From: an uncultured bacterium
GTDB taxonomy: Bacteria > Oederibacteriota > Oederibacteriia > Oederibacteriales > Oederibacteriaceae
DNA length: 64,000 bases
Direction: 5' to 3'
Assembly: GCA_965112635.1 (NCBI GenBank)
Contig: OZ218778.1
Span: forward strand, 1,056,001 to 1,120,000
This document shows positions 19,910 to 30,983 of the stretch, one piece after another. The position numbers and the translations under genes were made by a program. Every line of letters starts with the position of its first letter. Positions within the stretch are counted from its first letter, which is position 1. The notes under the pieces are model-generated. The model worked only from the letters and a program-made list of their open reading frames with translations, ran no database searches and had not been told where the DNA came from.

Positions 19910-20046
19910 ACTTCCCTGCGCCGAGAGCGCAGGGTATTAAAGAGGAAGTTTTTATTTTGTTTGATACTCCCTCCGCTCGCCTTTAGCTCGCTACGGGCTG
20001 CCATTCATCCTTGCGGCGAGACCGAAGGGAATTTTGGCAGGAGTAT
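19908..20046. repeat. Palindromic intergenic element (IS200/IS605-end-like)
   Basis: CCCTGCGC-N5-GCGCAGGG hairpin; TTCATCC plus a degenerate hairpin enclosed by CTGCCA/TGGCAG and ATACTCC/GGAGTAT. Confidence 0.5.
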
Positions 20047-20064
20047 TAAGAAGACGGGGAAAAA

Positions 20065-21021
20065 TTGAAAAGAGCCAAAGAAGCCCCACATCTATTGACC
20101 GTACTGGACCCCACGGGACACCGGCTGTCCGTGTCTTCACACGGAGGGCAGATGGTGAGCTGGGCCGTGCCCCATAAGGGACGGCTTTTAGAGTTGCTGC
20201 ATCACCAGCCCCAGTTCACGGAAGAGGATATCCAGCTGGACGAGCGCGGAGGGAGCCTGGTGCTTTTCCCTTTTGCCGGCAGCCAGATAGTCGGGTCAGA
20301 GCAGGATCGCTTCAAGGTCCAGGGCAAGGTCTATAAGATAGAAAAACACGGGTTTGCCCTAACCAGCGAATGGAAGCTTTCCCTAGGGCCCAAGTCCTCC
20401 CCGCCCAGGGTCACCGCGGAACTCCAGACCACCTCGGAAACTTTGCGCAAGTATCCTTTCCGGTTCAAAGTCCGGCTGACCTATATCTTGGGAAAAAAGC
20501 AGGTCAAGGTCCTGCAGGAATTTGAAAACCATTCCAGCGACCCCATGCCCGTGTCCTTTGGGTTGCACCCGTATTTTAAAGTGCCCTTCGGCGAAAAGAG
20601 CAGGAGGGAGGACATGGTCTTAAAAGGCAAGCTCTTGTCCACCTCCACGGCCGGCGAACAAAAAGACTGGACGGGAAAGACCAGCGCGCCCAAACTGCCC
20701 AAACCCATCGTGAGCCAGGGGATGGAGGAAAATGATTTTTACACGCCCGGCCCCTGGGACTTTACCCTGTGGGACCGCAAAGAGCATGCGGGCGTAAGAC
20801 AGTTCCAGCCGAGAGCCGGCGGAGGCCTGCCGCACACGGTGCTGGTCTTGTGGTCCGGCATGACCAGGCCGAGCTCGTTCTATTGCGTGGAGCCGTGGTT
20901 CGGGCCGACCAACGCGGCCAACAACGGACAGGGACTGCAGTGGATACCGGGACGAAAAAAAAACAAGCCAGGATACGGGTTTTCGGTTATATTAATGGAG
21001 TTTTTGGAAGGCAGAGCGTAG
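20065..21021 (+). CDS. Aldose 1-epimerase (galactose mutarotase-like) family protein
   Basis: RGGSLVLFPF, HGFA, YPFRF, GLHPYF and YCVEPW motifs. Confidence 0.88.
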   Translation: MKRAKEAPHLLTVLDPTGHRLSVSSHGGQMVSWAVPHKGRLLELLHHQPQFTEEDIQLDERGGSLVLFPFAGSQIVGSEQDRFKVQGKVYKIEKHGFALTSEWKLSLGPKSSPPRVTAELQTTSETLRKYPFRFKVRLTYILGKKQVKVLQEFENHSSDPMPVSFGLHPYFKVPFGEKSRREDMVLKGKLLSTSTAGEQKDWTGKTSAPKLPKPIVSQGMEENDFYTPGPWDFTLWDRKEHAGVRQFQPRAGGGLPHTVLVLWSGMTRPSSFYCVEPWFGPTNAANNGQGLQWIPGRKKNKPGYGFSVILMEFLEGRA

Positions 21022-21038
21022 TAAGCAAGAACTTATAA

Positions 21039-22340
<1,302 letters not shown>

Positions 22341-22373
22341 TCGGGAAAAACCTAGATATTTGGGGAGGCCAAT

Positions 22374-22994
22374 ATGGCGGCAAAAACAGGACAATTAGTG
22401 CTCATCAGACACGGGGAATCCCAGTGGAACCTGGAGAACCGTTTCACGGGCTGGGTCGATATTGACCTGAGCGAAAAGGGCGTTGCAGAGGCCCAGAGCG
22501 CCGGGGAAAAGCTCAAAGGCTACAAGTTCGACAAGGCCTACACCTCGGCCCTCAAAAGGGCCCAGCGCACCCTGGACATCATCCTCAAGATCACCGGGCA
22601 GGCCAACATCCCGGTGGTCAAGGACCAGGCCCTCAACGAGCGCCACTACGGCGACCTGCAGGGGCTCAACAAGGCCGAGACCGCGCAAAAATACGGCGAT
22701 GCCCAGGTGAAACTGTGGAGGCGCAGCTACGACGTGCAGCCGCCCAACGGTGAAAGCCTTAAAGACACGGCGGCCCGCACCCTGCCGTATTATGAAAAAT
22801 ACATCGTGCCGGACCTCCAGAAAGGTCTCAATCTCATTGTGTCCGCGCACGGCAACAGCCTGCGCTCGATCGTCATGTTCCTGGACAAGCTCACCAAAGA
22901 ACAGGTCGTGGAACTCAACCTGGCGACCGGACTGCCGATCGTTTACGATTTCAACGATAAAATGGAAGTGGTCTCCAAGAAAGAATTGAAGTGA
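22374..22994 (+). CDS. gpmA: 2,3-bisphosphoglycerate-dependent phosphoglycerate mutase
   Basis: RHGESQWN, LNERHYG, WRRSY and AHGNSLR. Confidence 0.96.
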   Translation: MAAKTGQLVLIRHGESQWNLENRFTGWVDIDLSEKGVAEAQSAGEKLKGYKFDKAYTSALKRAQRTLDIILKITGQANIPVVKDQALNERHYGDLQGLNKAETAQKYGDAQVKLWRRSYDVQPPNGESLKDTAARTLPYYEKYIVPDLQKGLNLIVSAHGNSLRSIVMFLDKLTKEQVVELNLATGLPIVYDFNDKMEVVSKKELK

Positions 22995-24067
22995 CCCCTG
23001 CCCGGCAAGAAGCCCTGATCACCGGCCCCCGGGAGCCGCTCTTTGACCGCATCCTAGGCCAGAACGAAGCCAAGGACCTTTTGACCAGGGCGCTTCTCAA
23101 CCAGCGCTTGGCCAACACCTACATCTTTTACGGGCCCCAGGGCGTGGGCCGGCGGTTCACGGCCAGGCTGTTCGCCTGCGCCCTCAACTGCGAGGTAGAG
23201 CCCAACCGGGGCTGCGGAGTATGCCCCAGCTGCCACAAGGTCCTGACCGACCAGCACCCGGACGTGACCTTTTTTTACCCGGAAGTCCAGGACATCAAGA
23301 TCGAGACCGTCCGTGAGATCCAGCGGCTGATGAGCATGAAACTTTACGAGGGTCGCTGGAGGGTTTTCGTCCTGGACCAGGCCGAACACCTCAACCCGGC
23401 CTCGGCCAACTGCCTGCTCAAGACCCTGGAAGAACCGCCGGAGCGGTCGTCCCTGATCCTCATCTGCGAAAATCCCCACGGGCTTTTGCCAACCATCCTT
23501 TCCCGTTCCCAGATGGTGGCTTTTCACCATATCCCGGCGCTCCTCATGCAAAAATACCTGGAAGGCCAGGGCAAGACAAAAGAAGAGGCGATTGAGCTGA
23601 GCCAGCTCTGCCTGGGCAGGATGGACAGGCTGGAGACCCTGATGGACCCCAAGAAACAGAAAAAGATCGATGATATGATAAAGCTGGCCCAGGAACTTCC
23701 AGGATTGAACCTGGCAAAGATCGTGGAAACCGGCGAAAAATACGCCCAGGCGGCCAAGCGTTCCGACAATGCCAAGGAGTTCGTGATCGGGATATTGGAA
23801 GAGCTCATGCTGTGGTATAGGGACCTTATCTGGCAAAAAACCGGCTCAGACAAACAGGGCCTGTTTTTCCCCAGGCATGAAAGGGAGCTGGCCAACCAGG
23901 CCAAAACCATTTCGCTCCCTGACCTCCAGGCGAGGCTGGAATGGCTGCTGGAGGCCTGTTTCCTGGTGAGGCGCAACTTGTACCAGGAGCTGGTCCTGGT
24001 CTCCACCTTTATCAAGCTGGCGGGCCTGGCCCCGGCCCAGCAGGGCAGCACAGAAAGGATGGATTGA
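22991..24067 (+). CDS. holB: DNA polymerase III subunit delta'
   Basis: Degenerate Walker A GPQGVGR, CGVCPSC, HPD and ANCLLKTLEEP. Confidence 0.93.
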   Translation: MTPARQEALITGPREPLFDRILGQNEAKDLLTRALLNQRLANTYIFYGPQGVGRRFTARLFACALNCEVEPNRGCGVCPSCHKVLTDQHPDVTFFYPEVQDIKIETVREIQRLMSMKLYEGRWRVFVLDQAEHLNPASANCLLKTLEEPPERSSLILICENPHGLLPTILSRSQMVAFHHIPALLMQKYLEGQGKTKEEAIELSQLCLGRMDRLETLMDPKKQKKIDDMIKLAQELPGLNLAKIVETGEKYAQAAKRSDNAKEFVIGILEELMLWYRDLIWQKTGSDKQGLFFPRHERELANQAKTISLPDLQARLEWLLEACFLVRRNLYQELVLVSTFIKLAGLAPAQQGSTERMD

Positions 24068-25608
24068 GCTTGGACAAAGTTTTTTACATCACCACCCCCA
24101 TCTATTACGTCAACGACAACCTGCACCTGGGGCACGCTTACACCACCCTGGGCTGTGACGCCATCAGCCGGTGGGAGCGTCTCTTAGGCCGGGAGGTCTT
24201 TTTCCTGACCGGCACGGACGAACACGGCCAAAAGATCGAGGATGTGGCCAAGGCCAAAGGCACTACCGCCAAGGCCTGGGCGGATGGTATCGTGGAGAAC
24301 AGTAAGGCCCTTTGGAAAGAGCTGGGGGTCACCTATGACCGCTTTATCCGTACCACCGATATAGACCACGAAAAAGTCGTGCAGGAGTTCTTTAAAAAAC
24401 TGTATGAAAAAGGCGATATTTACAAAGGCGAATACGAAGGCTGGTATTGCGTTTCCGACGAGAGCTTTTTCACCGAGACCCAGCTCAACGAGGGCAAATG
24501 CCCGGACTGCGGCAGGGAAGTGAGCAAGCTCAAAGAGGAGAGCTACTTTTTCAAACTGTCCAAATACGCGCCGGCTCTCCTCAAGTATTATGATGAAAAT
24601 CCGGATTTTATCCAACCTGTTTCCCGACGAAGCGAGATGGTCAACATCGTCAAGGACGACCTTAAAGACCTCTCGGTTAGCAGGGTGGGGGTCAAGTGGG
24701 GCATACCGGTCCCTTTTGACGACAAGCACACCATTTATGTCTGGTTCGACGCCCTGCTCAACTACCTGACCGCCGCGGGGTACTATTTTGACCAGAAAAA
24801 ATTCGAGCGGGTCTGGCCTGCGGATATCCACATGGTGGGCAAGGAGATCCTCAAGTTCCACAGCGTCATCTGGCCGGCCATGCTCATGGCCCTCGAGGTC
24901 AGGCTGCCCAAAAAAGTTTTCGCCCACGGCTGGTGGACCGTGGAAGGCGACAAAATGTCCAAGTCCAAAGGCAATATCATCGACCCCAGGGTTTTTGCCC
25001 AGCAATTCGGGGTGGAACCTCTGAGGTATTTTGTATTGCGCGAAGTTCCCTTTGGGCTGGACGGGGATTTTTCCCAAAGATCCTTTACCCTGCGCTACAA
25101 CGGCGACCTGGCCAATGACCTGGGCAATCTGCTGAACCGCACCCTGACCATGGTGGAAAAGAGTTATGAGGGTGTGGTGCCGACGGAGTTCCAGTCCGAT
25201 ATGAGCAATCCTATGAAAGAGATCAATGCTGACCTGTTCTCAAGGGTCCAAAAAGCCATGGACCGGGTGGCCTTAGACCAGGCTCTGGAAGAAATTTTCA
25301 AGTTGGTCGGCCGGGCCAATAAATACATCGAGGAATCAGCGCCTTGGACCTTGCTCAAGCAGTCAAAGAACGAGGATCATAAAGCCGTGATGTATAATCT
25401 CTGTGAAACTCTGCGCTTGACCGCGGTTTACCTCAAACCCTTTATCCCGGCTACGGCCCTGTCCATCTGGAAGCAGCTGGGGCTTACCCAGGATTTTGAC
25501 CAGGTCAGGCTGCCTGAGTCCGGCCAATGGGGTCTGTTCCCCAAGGGGATAAAAGTGCAAAAAGGCCAGCCGCTTTTTCCCAGGATGGAATCGCCCCGTA
25601 AAACCTGA
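24064..25608 (+). CDS. metG: Methionine--tRNA ligase (short form without C-terminal tRNA-binding domain)
   Basis: FYITTPIYY, HLGH, GTDEHG, YVWFDAL and KMSKS; TTG start at 24064 (or 24070). Confidence 0.97.
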   Translation: MSLDKVFYITTPIYYVNDNLHLGHAYTTLGCDAISRWERLLGREVFFLTGTDEHGQKIEDVAKAKGTTAKAWADGIVENSKALWKELGVTYDRFIRTTDIDHEKVVQEFFKKLYEKGDIYKGEYEGWYCVSDESFFTETQLNEGKCPDCGREVSKLKEESYFFKLSKYAPALLKYYDENPDFIQPVSRRSEMVNIVKDDLKDLSVSRVGVKWGIPVPFDDKHTIYVWFDALLNYLTAAGYYFDQKKFERVWPADIHMVGKEILKFHSVIWPAMLMALEVRLPKKVFAHGWWTVEGDKMSKSKGNIIDPRVFAQQFGVEPLRYFVLREVPFGLDGDFSQRSFTLRYNGDLANDLGNLLNRTLTMVEKSYEGVVPTEFQSDMSNPMKEINADLFSRVQKAMDRVALDQALEEIFKLVGRANKYIEESAPWTLLKQSKNEDHKAVMYNLCETLRLTAVYLKPFIPATALSIWKQLGLTQDFDQVRLPESGQWGLFPKGIKVQKGQPLFPRMESPRKT

Positions 25609-25648
25609 CTCCGTCTTATCGGAACAGCGTTTTGAAGACCACTTCGAT

Positions 25649-25677
25649 TTGACAGGCATACAAACCTTGTATATACT
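25649..25677 (+). promoter_or_regulatory. Sigma70 promoter of the TA operon with an internal inverted-repeat operator
   Basis: TTGACA-N17-TATACT; ATACAA-N3-TTGTAT at 25658-25672. Confidence 0.75.
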
Positions 25678-25716
25678 AGAAATGAGACAATATCCCATCC
25701 TTAAAAGGAGAGCGAG

Positions 25717-25953
25717 ATGAAATCATCCATTATCAATTTATCCCTGCCCAGTGAACTTTTGACCAAAGTTGACAGGCAGGCCGAGCAGGAGGATCGCAAC
25801 AGGTCCGAATTGCTCCGGGAGGCCGTCCGGATCTATCTGGAAAGGAAGTCAAGATGGGAAAGTATCTTTTCCTACGGCGACAAGCAGTCCAGGAAGAAAG
25901 GTCTGCGGCTGGAAGATGTCCCCAAGGCGGTGAGCGAGGCGCGGCGCTCTTGA
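25717..25953 (+). CDS. CopG/ribbon-helix-helix antitoxin
   Basis: INLSLPSELLTKVD...NRSELLREAVR; overlaps the PIN gene start. Confidence 0.88.
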   Translation: MKSSIINLSLPSELLTKVDRQAEQEDRNRSELLREAVRIYLERKSRWESIFSYGDKQSRKKGLRLEDVPKAVSEARRS

Positions 25954-26360
25954 GACGGGTAGTTTTTGACACCAACGTCTGGATTTCCGGCATATCCTTC
26001 GAGGGAGAAGTGAGGCGGCTCCTGCGTTTTGCCCTGGAAGGCAGGGTAACCGTGGTGGTTTCACTTCCCCTTCTTCAGGAGCTGGACAGGGTCCTAACCG
26101 GAAAGAAATTCGGCTATGTTCCGTCGTCCGCGGCAACCATTCTTTACGAGATACAATCCTTCGCCATTCTGGTCTATCCCGAAAAGAAAATAGACGTAAT
26201 CAAGGAAGACCCGGCCGATAACCGGGTGCTGGAATGCGCCAGAGAGGGCAGGGCGGACTTGATCGTTTCCGGGGACAATCACCTCCTCAAACTGAAAGAA
26301 TGGCAGGGTATCAGCATCCTTTCACCCAAACAATTCTTGGAAAAATTGCGAAAGGATTAG
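25950..26360 (+). CDS. PIN-domain toxin (VapC-like)
   Basis: VVFDTNV, DPADNRVLECA and IVSGDNHLL; TTG start overlapping the antitoxin stop. Confidence 0.9.
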   Translation: MRRVVFDTNVWISGISFEGEVRRLLRFALEGRVTVVVSLPLLQELDRVLTGKKFGYVPSSAATILYEIQSFAILVYPEKKIDVIKEDPADNRVLECAREGRADLIVSGDNHLLKLKEWQGISILSPKQFLEKLRKD

Positions 26361-26380
26361 AAATGGTATCCGCGGCCTGT

Positions 26381-26484
26381 TTTGACCTTGAACTTTAAAC
26401 TTCAATCGCCTTGGTAATCATGCGGTTCCTTTCCAAGGCGATTGTGTCAAAAAGCGTTTTGACGTGAACTTGGAACTTTGAACT
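26381..26484 (+). repeat. Heptamer (TTGAACT-like) tandem arrays flanking a 12-bp inverted repeat
   Basis: TTGAACT TTAAACT (26388-26401); GTGAACT TGGAACT TTGAACT (26464-26484); CAATCGCCTTGG/CCAAGGCGATTG at 26403-26444. Confidence 0.7.
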
Positions 26485-26503
26485 GTCTTTTGAGGAGGTT
26501 CCT

Positions 26504-27927
26504 TTGCCTCAGGAACAACAAATTATTTCCATCCCGCTATCCAAAATCCGGCCAACCCTATACATTCCAAAGAAGAGGTAGCCATCCTGGCAGCCTCCCT
26601 GACTGCCCTAGGCCTGCTGACCCCCATTAAGCTAAGGAAGTTGACCCCAGAGGAAAAGGCCCTTTACCCCGGATGTGAATATATGGTAGTAGGGGGCCAT
26701 AAACGGCTCCAGGCTGCCCTGAGCTTAGGGTGGACCGAGATCAGCGCCCAAATCCTGGACATACCGGCCCAGGAGGCGGTTTTGGCCGGCCTAGCCGATA
26801 ACCAGGGTCGCCAGATGTCCTGGCTGGAGCTCTACAGTGGCATAGAGGCGGCCATGAAAGCCGACCCTAGCCTGACCCAGGCCAAGGTGGGGGCCAGTTT
26901 GGGGGTGGACCGAACCAGTGTCAGCCGGGCTTTGAAGATCATGGGGTGCCTGGGGCCCGAGGCTAGGCATTCAATATGTGACAATGTCACAAAACCGGGT
27001 GGGTACGAGGTGTCTGAAAGGACGGTTTACCGCTTAACCGGGCTGGTGGACGAGCAAAATGCAGTAAATACAGGGGTTTTTGAAAAATGCCTGCAAATTG
27101 TGCTGGAAAAGCGTTTTACCGAGGCCAAAACCAAAGCTTTGGTCAAATGGGTCAAGGATGGCAATGAACCGCAGTCTTATGTCCAAAGTCCAATGTCCAA
27201 AGCCAAACCAGCCCCTAGTCCAAAGTCAGCCCTTGGACATTCGGCTCTGGACCCTGGACCTAACCAGGGTTCAATACCCTCAGCTATACATATCCCTAAT
27301 CCGGCTCCCTCCAATGTAGCCGATCTAAGGATGCTCTTAGACAGCCAAATGGTCAAAGAGGCTCTAACCGCACTTTCTCCTTATATTTCAAGGGTGAAAC
27401 AATGGCCATATGCAGAAACCCTTGTAAAATATATGATTTCCAGACTAACCGCTTTGTTATGGCTAACTGGCGGCCTCAATGCAGTCGGGATATTCATCTA
27501 TATATGGCTCCCGGCTTTAATGGGCCTCTTTGTCCCGCAAACCAATGGTCTTTACGGGAATTTAAACCCGTGGAACGAAGGTCTTTACGGGTGGCTCCGA
27601 ACCCTGGCCAATGTTTACCTCTGGGTGCTTTTCGCCTGCCTTATCCGGGATGAAATAGAGCGTTTGAATAAACCAGATACTTCTGTCCCAAAATCATTAG
27701 GTTTTAAAGCCCTAATTTTCTGGGCTGGGTTTTGGGTAGTTTTAAAGGTGATCTATTGGCTGGGGATTTCAGGGATGTTATCCCGTGGACCGGAGGTCTC
27801 TACGGGATGGGCTTTTCCGGTTGTCTTGAACCACACCCTGGCTGTTTGTATTTGGTTCTTTGTCTTACAATGGCTGTTTAGAAAGTTAGTATCAAAGTAT
27901 GGTCTAACTTCAAACTTTAAACTTTGA
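26504..27927 (+). pseudogene. ParB/Srx N-terminal domain + HTH + multi-TM fusion, frameshifted near 26550
   Basis: SD GAGGAGG, then TTG...IISIPLSKIRP in one frame, continuing as NPIHSKEEVAILAASL..GLLTPIKLR..YMVVGGHKR in the 26641 ORF frame; HTH LTQAKVGASLGVDRTSVSRAL; hydrophobic C-terminus. Confidence 0.75.
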
Positions 27928-27937
27928 ACTTGAAACT
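27903..27937 (+). repeat. Heptamer tandem array (5 units)
   Basis: TCTAACT TCAAACT TTAAACT TTGAACT TGAAACT. Confidence 0.8.
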
Positions 27938-28088
27938 GCTCTTTACACCATACCCTGGCCATTTGTTTTTGGCTGTTTATTTTGCAATTTCTCTTCCGGC
28001 GAGGGGCGGAGAAGCTAAAGGCTGCTGGGGACAAAGGGTCGGTTTAGGGGTAGACTAAATTATAGGATTTTAGAGGAGTAACTAAAAA

Positions 28089-28736
28089 GTGACCAAAGAA
28101 GAGTTGATTGGAATACTAGTTGAATTAGCAAATGGACTCAAAGCAGATGCAAATACTTTTCTTTGGGCAAAATCACAAACAAACTTTGCTTCTGAATTAG
28201 TTCAGAATGATAAAAGTATTTATAGGATGGGGGGCGGCAACTTTCCTATAGCTCTAAGCTCATTGGCATTTGTTAGTCTATTAGCAAAAATATATAAAAT
28301 ATTAATTACAGATGACTGCAAAGAACTTTTTAAAGAAAATGATGTTTTTAAAGATGAGACTGGGGCAGTAAAAGATTTTATTAAAAAAATAAATAATCAA
28401 ATTAGGATAATAGAGAACATAGAAAACAATAATAGATTCTGGAAGCTACTGAGGCATGGTCTTGCCCATGTCTTTTTGCCCAAGGGTAACTCGCGTGTGT
28501 CTGCAATAGATCATTTGGATTTTAAAGGTGTGTTTAATTTTTATAGCTATGTGAAAAGCCTAAATAGCTCGCCAAATGTGGCAGCTAATACTTCAAATCA
28601 AAACGGTGGTTATGACTGTTACGCCGATTTATTGGCGGTTCGAGCTTTCGAGGCCGGCGAATGGATGAAAGAGTGTCTAATCGGTACGGCTGATTTTTCT
28701 AGTAAAGAAAATTACATAGCAAAACTATTTGATTAG
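28089..28736 (+). CDS. AT-rich hypothetical protein with an RxxxxH (HEPN-like) motif
   Basis: SD GAGGAG; helical protein containing LRHGLAH; composition differs from host genes. Confidence 0.7.
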   Translation: MTKEELIGILVELANGLKADANTFLWAKSQTNFASELVQNDKSIYRMGGGNFPIALSSLAFVSLLAKIYKILITDDCKELFKENDVFKDETGAVKDFIKKINNQIRIIENIENNNRFWKLLRHGLAHVFLPKGNSRVSAIDHLDFKGVFNFYSYVKSLNSSPNVAANTSNQNGGYDCYADLLAVRAFEAGEWMKECLIGTADFSSKENYIAKLFD

Positions 28737-28748
28737 GACATTAAAAGC

Positions 28749-29411
28749 ATGGATTTTGTAAAACAAGAAAAACAAATTGTCTCGAAAAAGCGTGTAGCTG
28801 ACCACGGGGAGGTTTTTACCCCGGCGTGGGTGGTTGAGTCCATGCTAGACCTTGTGAAAGACGAGACTGAACGCATCGACTCGCGCTTCCTGGAGCCGGC
28901 ATGTGGGAACGGGAACTTCCTTGTACAAATACTGCGGCGTAAACTTGCTGCCGTGGAACTCAAATATGGCAAGTCAGATTTTGAGCGGCAGCACTACGCG
29001 CTGCTCGCGATGATGTGCCTCTACGGCATTGAGCTGTTACCGGATAATATTAACGAATGCCGCGCGAACCTGCTCCAGATATTTTACGAGTATCTGAACC
29101 TTGTTCAGTCGGATGACTTGTATGGTGCCGCGTTCTATGTGCTATCACAAAACCTCGTACACGGCGATGCCCGGAAGATGCGTACCCACGATGACATGCC
29201 GATCACCTTCGCCGAATGGGGCTATCTGGGAAGGGGGAAGTTCCAACGGCGTGACTTCCGCCTTGATATCCTTACCCAGTCATCTGCTTTTAGTGCCGAG
29301 GGCACGCTTTTCGCCAACCTTGGTATGCACGAGATCTTTACTCCATCTAAAACATACCCGCAGATGACGGTGAGTGATCTGGCCGCTATTGTACAGGAGG
29401 CCAGAGTATGA
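28749..29411 (+). CDS. Short N6-adenine DNA methylase-like protein (SAM-binding part only)
   Basis: GEVFTP, motif I FLEPACGNGNF and YGIEL; no NPPY/DPPY seen. Confidence 0.8.
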   Translation: MDFVKQEKQIVSKKRVADHGEVFTPAWVVESMLDLVKDETERIDSRFLEPACGNGNFLVQILRRKLAAVELKYGKSDFERQHYALLAMMCLYGIELLPDNINECRANLLQIFYEYLNLVQSDDLYGAAFYVLSQNLVHGDARKMRTHDDMPITFAEWGYLGRGKFQRRDFRLDILTQSSAFSAEGTLFANLGMHEIFTPSKTYPQMTVSDLAAIVQEARV

Positions 29412-30983
29412 GCGACCAAGCCAGCTTTTCATTGCGCGGCCGTAACCCGGATGTGCTGACATGCATCGCGAACCTCTCTAATGACGAGGTGTTCACGCCC
29501 CCCTGGCTCGCAAACAGGATGCTGGACATGCTTGCCGAGGCATGGGCCGCTACAAACGGCGGCGCGGACATCTGGGCGGACAAGACAGTGAGGTTCCTGG
29601 ATCCCTTCACGAAATCTGGTGTATTTCTAAGGGAGATCACCCGTCGCCTCACCAAGGGGCTGGAAAAGGAGATTCCAGACCTGGAGAAGAGGGTTAATCA
29701 CATCCTGGCGAATCAGGTGTTCGGCATCAGTATCACGCATCTCACAGGCCTACTGGCGCGCCGGAGCGTCTATTGCTCAAAGCACGTCACCGGAAAGCAC
29801 TCGATCGCCAAGGGATTCTCTAGCGATGACGGCAACATCTGGTTTAAACGCATGAAACACGAATGGGATGGCACAAAATGTAGGTTCTGTGAAGCGACGA
29901 AAGCCAGCTTGGATCGTGAGGAAGAACTTGAGAATTACGCCTATCCTTTCATTCACACCAATAATATTAAAACTCGGATATCCGAGTGGTTTGGAGGAAC
30001 TATGCAATTCGACGTTGTTATAGGCAATCCACCCTATCAGATGAAGGGGGGGGCAGGTGGAACAAGCGATTCGTCCATCTACCATCTCTTCGTTGAGCAG
30101 GCGAAGAATCTTGAACCAAAATTCCTGTCGATGGTAGTTCCATCCCGTTGGCTCGCAGGCGGCCGCGGACTCGACGAGTTCCGCAAGGAAATGCTCAGTT
30201 CAGGCAATCTCCACAAATTGGTCGATTTCCCAGTCTCAAAAGAAGTCTTTCCAAACGTTGAGGTAATGGGTGGCATTTGCTACTTCCTCTGGTCGGCCGC
30301 CCATAGCGGCCCATGCGACGTTACATTAGTCCGCGGTGACGAGGAGTCGACTTCTTCGCGGCAACTCGACGAGTTTGATGTGTTTGTGCGAGATTCGAAG
30401 GCCGTGGGCATCTTGCGCAAGGTATTGAATGCTGGCGAGCAACCCATTACCAACATTTTGACCGCTGACACCCCCTTCGGTATCGCAACTAACTTTGACG
30501 ACTTCCATGACAAGAAAAAGTCGGGGGATGTAGCACTTTATTATGTCCGAAGTGGCAAGCGCGACATTGGATTTGTCCCACGAAGCACGATCACCAAGAA
30601 TGCGACGCTCATCGACAAGTGGAAAGTGCTTGTTCCAAAAGCGCACGGCGGACAGAAAATTCCTGATGCAGTGCTCGGCAAGCCTTGGCTGAGTCCTCCG
30701 CCATCTGTCGCTACTCAGACATTCCTCGCTTTCTGTGTGGTGAATGAGGACGAAGCGCAAAGTCTTGAGTCCTATTACCGCACCAAGTTTTTCAGGCATT
30801 TGGTCTCGTTACGTAAACTCACACAAGACGCACTGCGACCGATGTATTCATGGGTTCCCGTTCAAACGTGGAATCGACAGTGGACCGATAAAGCACTTTA
30901 CAAGAAATATGGGCTTACAAAAGAAGAGATTGACTACATCGAGGCCGTTGTTCGCCCTATGAACCACGGTACGGAGGATGGTG

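Noticed and set aside
23941-24063. N-terminal extension of metG (likewise 25854-25949 for the PIN toxin and 53370-53705 for gmhB)
   Set aside because: Artefacts of longest-ORF calling; they overlap upstream genes, and homology starts at downstream TTG codons
27925-27933. Selenocysteine or TGA readthrough joining the ParB-TM gene to the second tail
   Set aside because: Two TGAs lie inside the heptamer array, there is no SECIS-like stem, and TGA is a normal stop in this window
26381-27937. CRISPR array or DGR template/variable repeat explanation for the repeats
   Set aside because: Units are 7 bp without spacers; no cas or reverse transcriptase gene; the duplicated tail differs at non-adenine positions too
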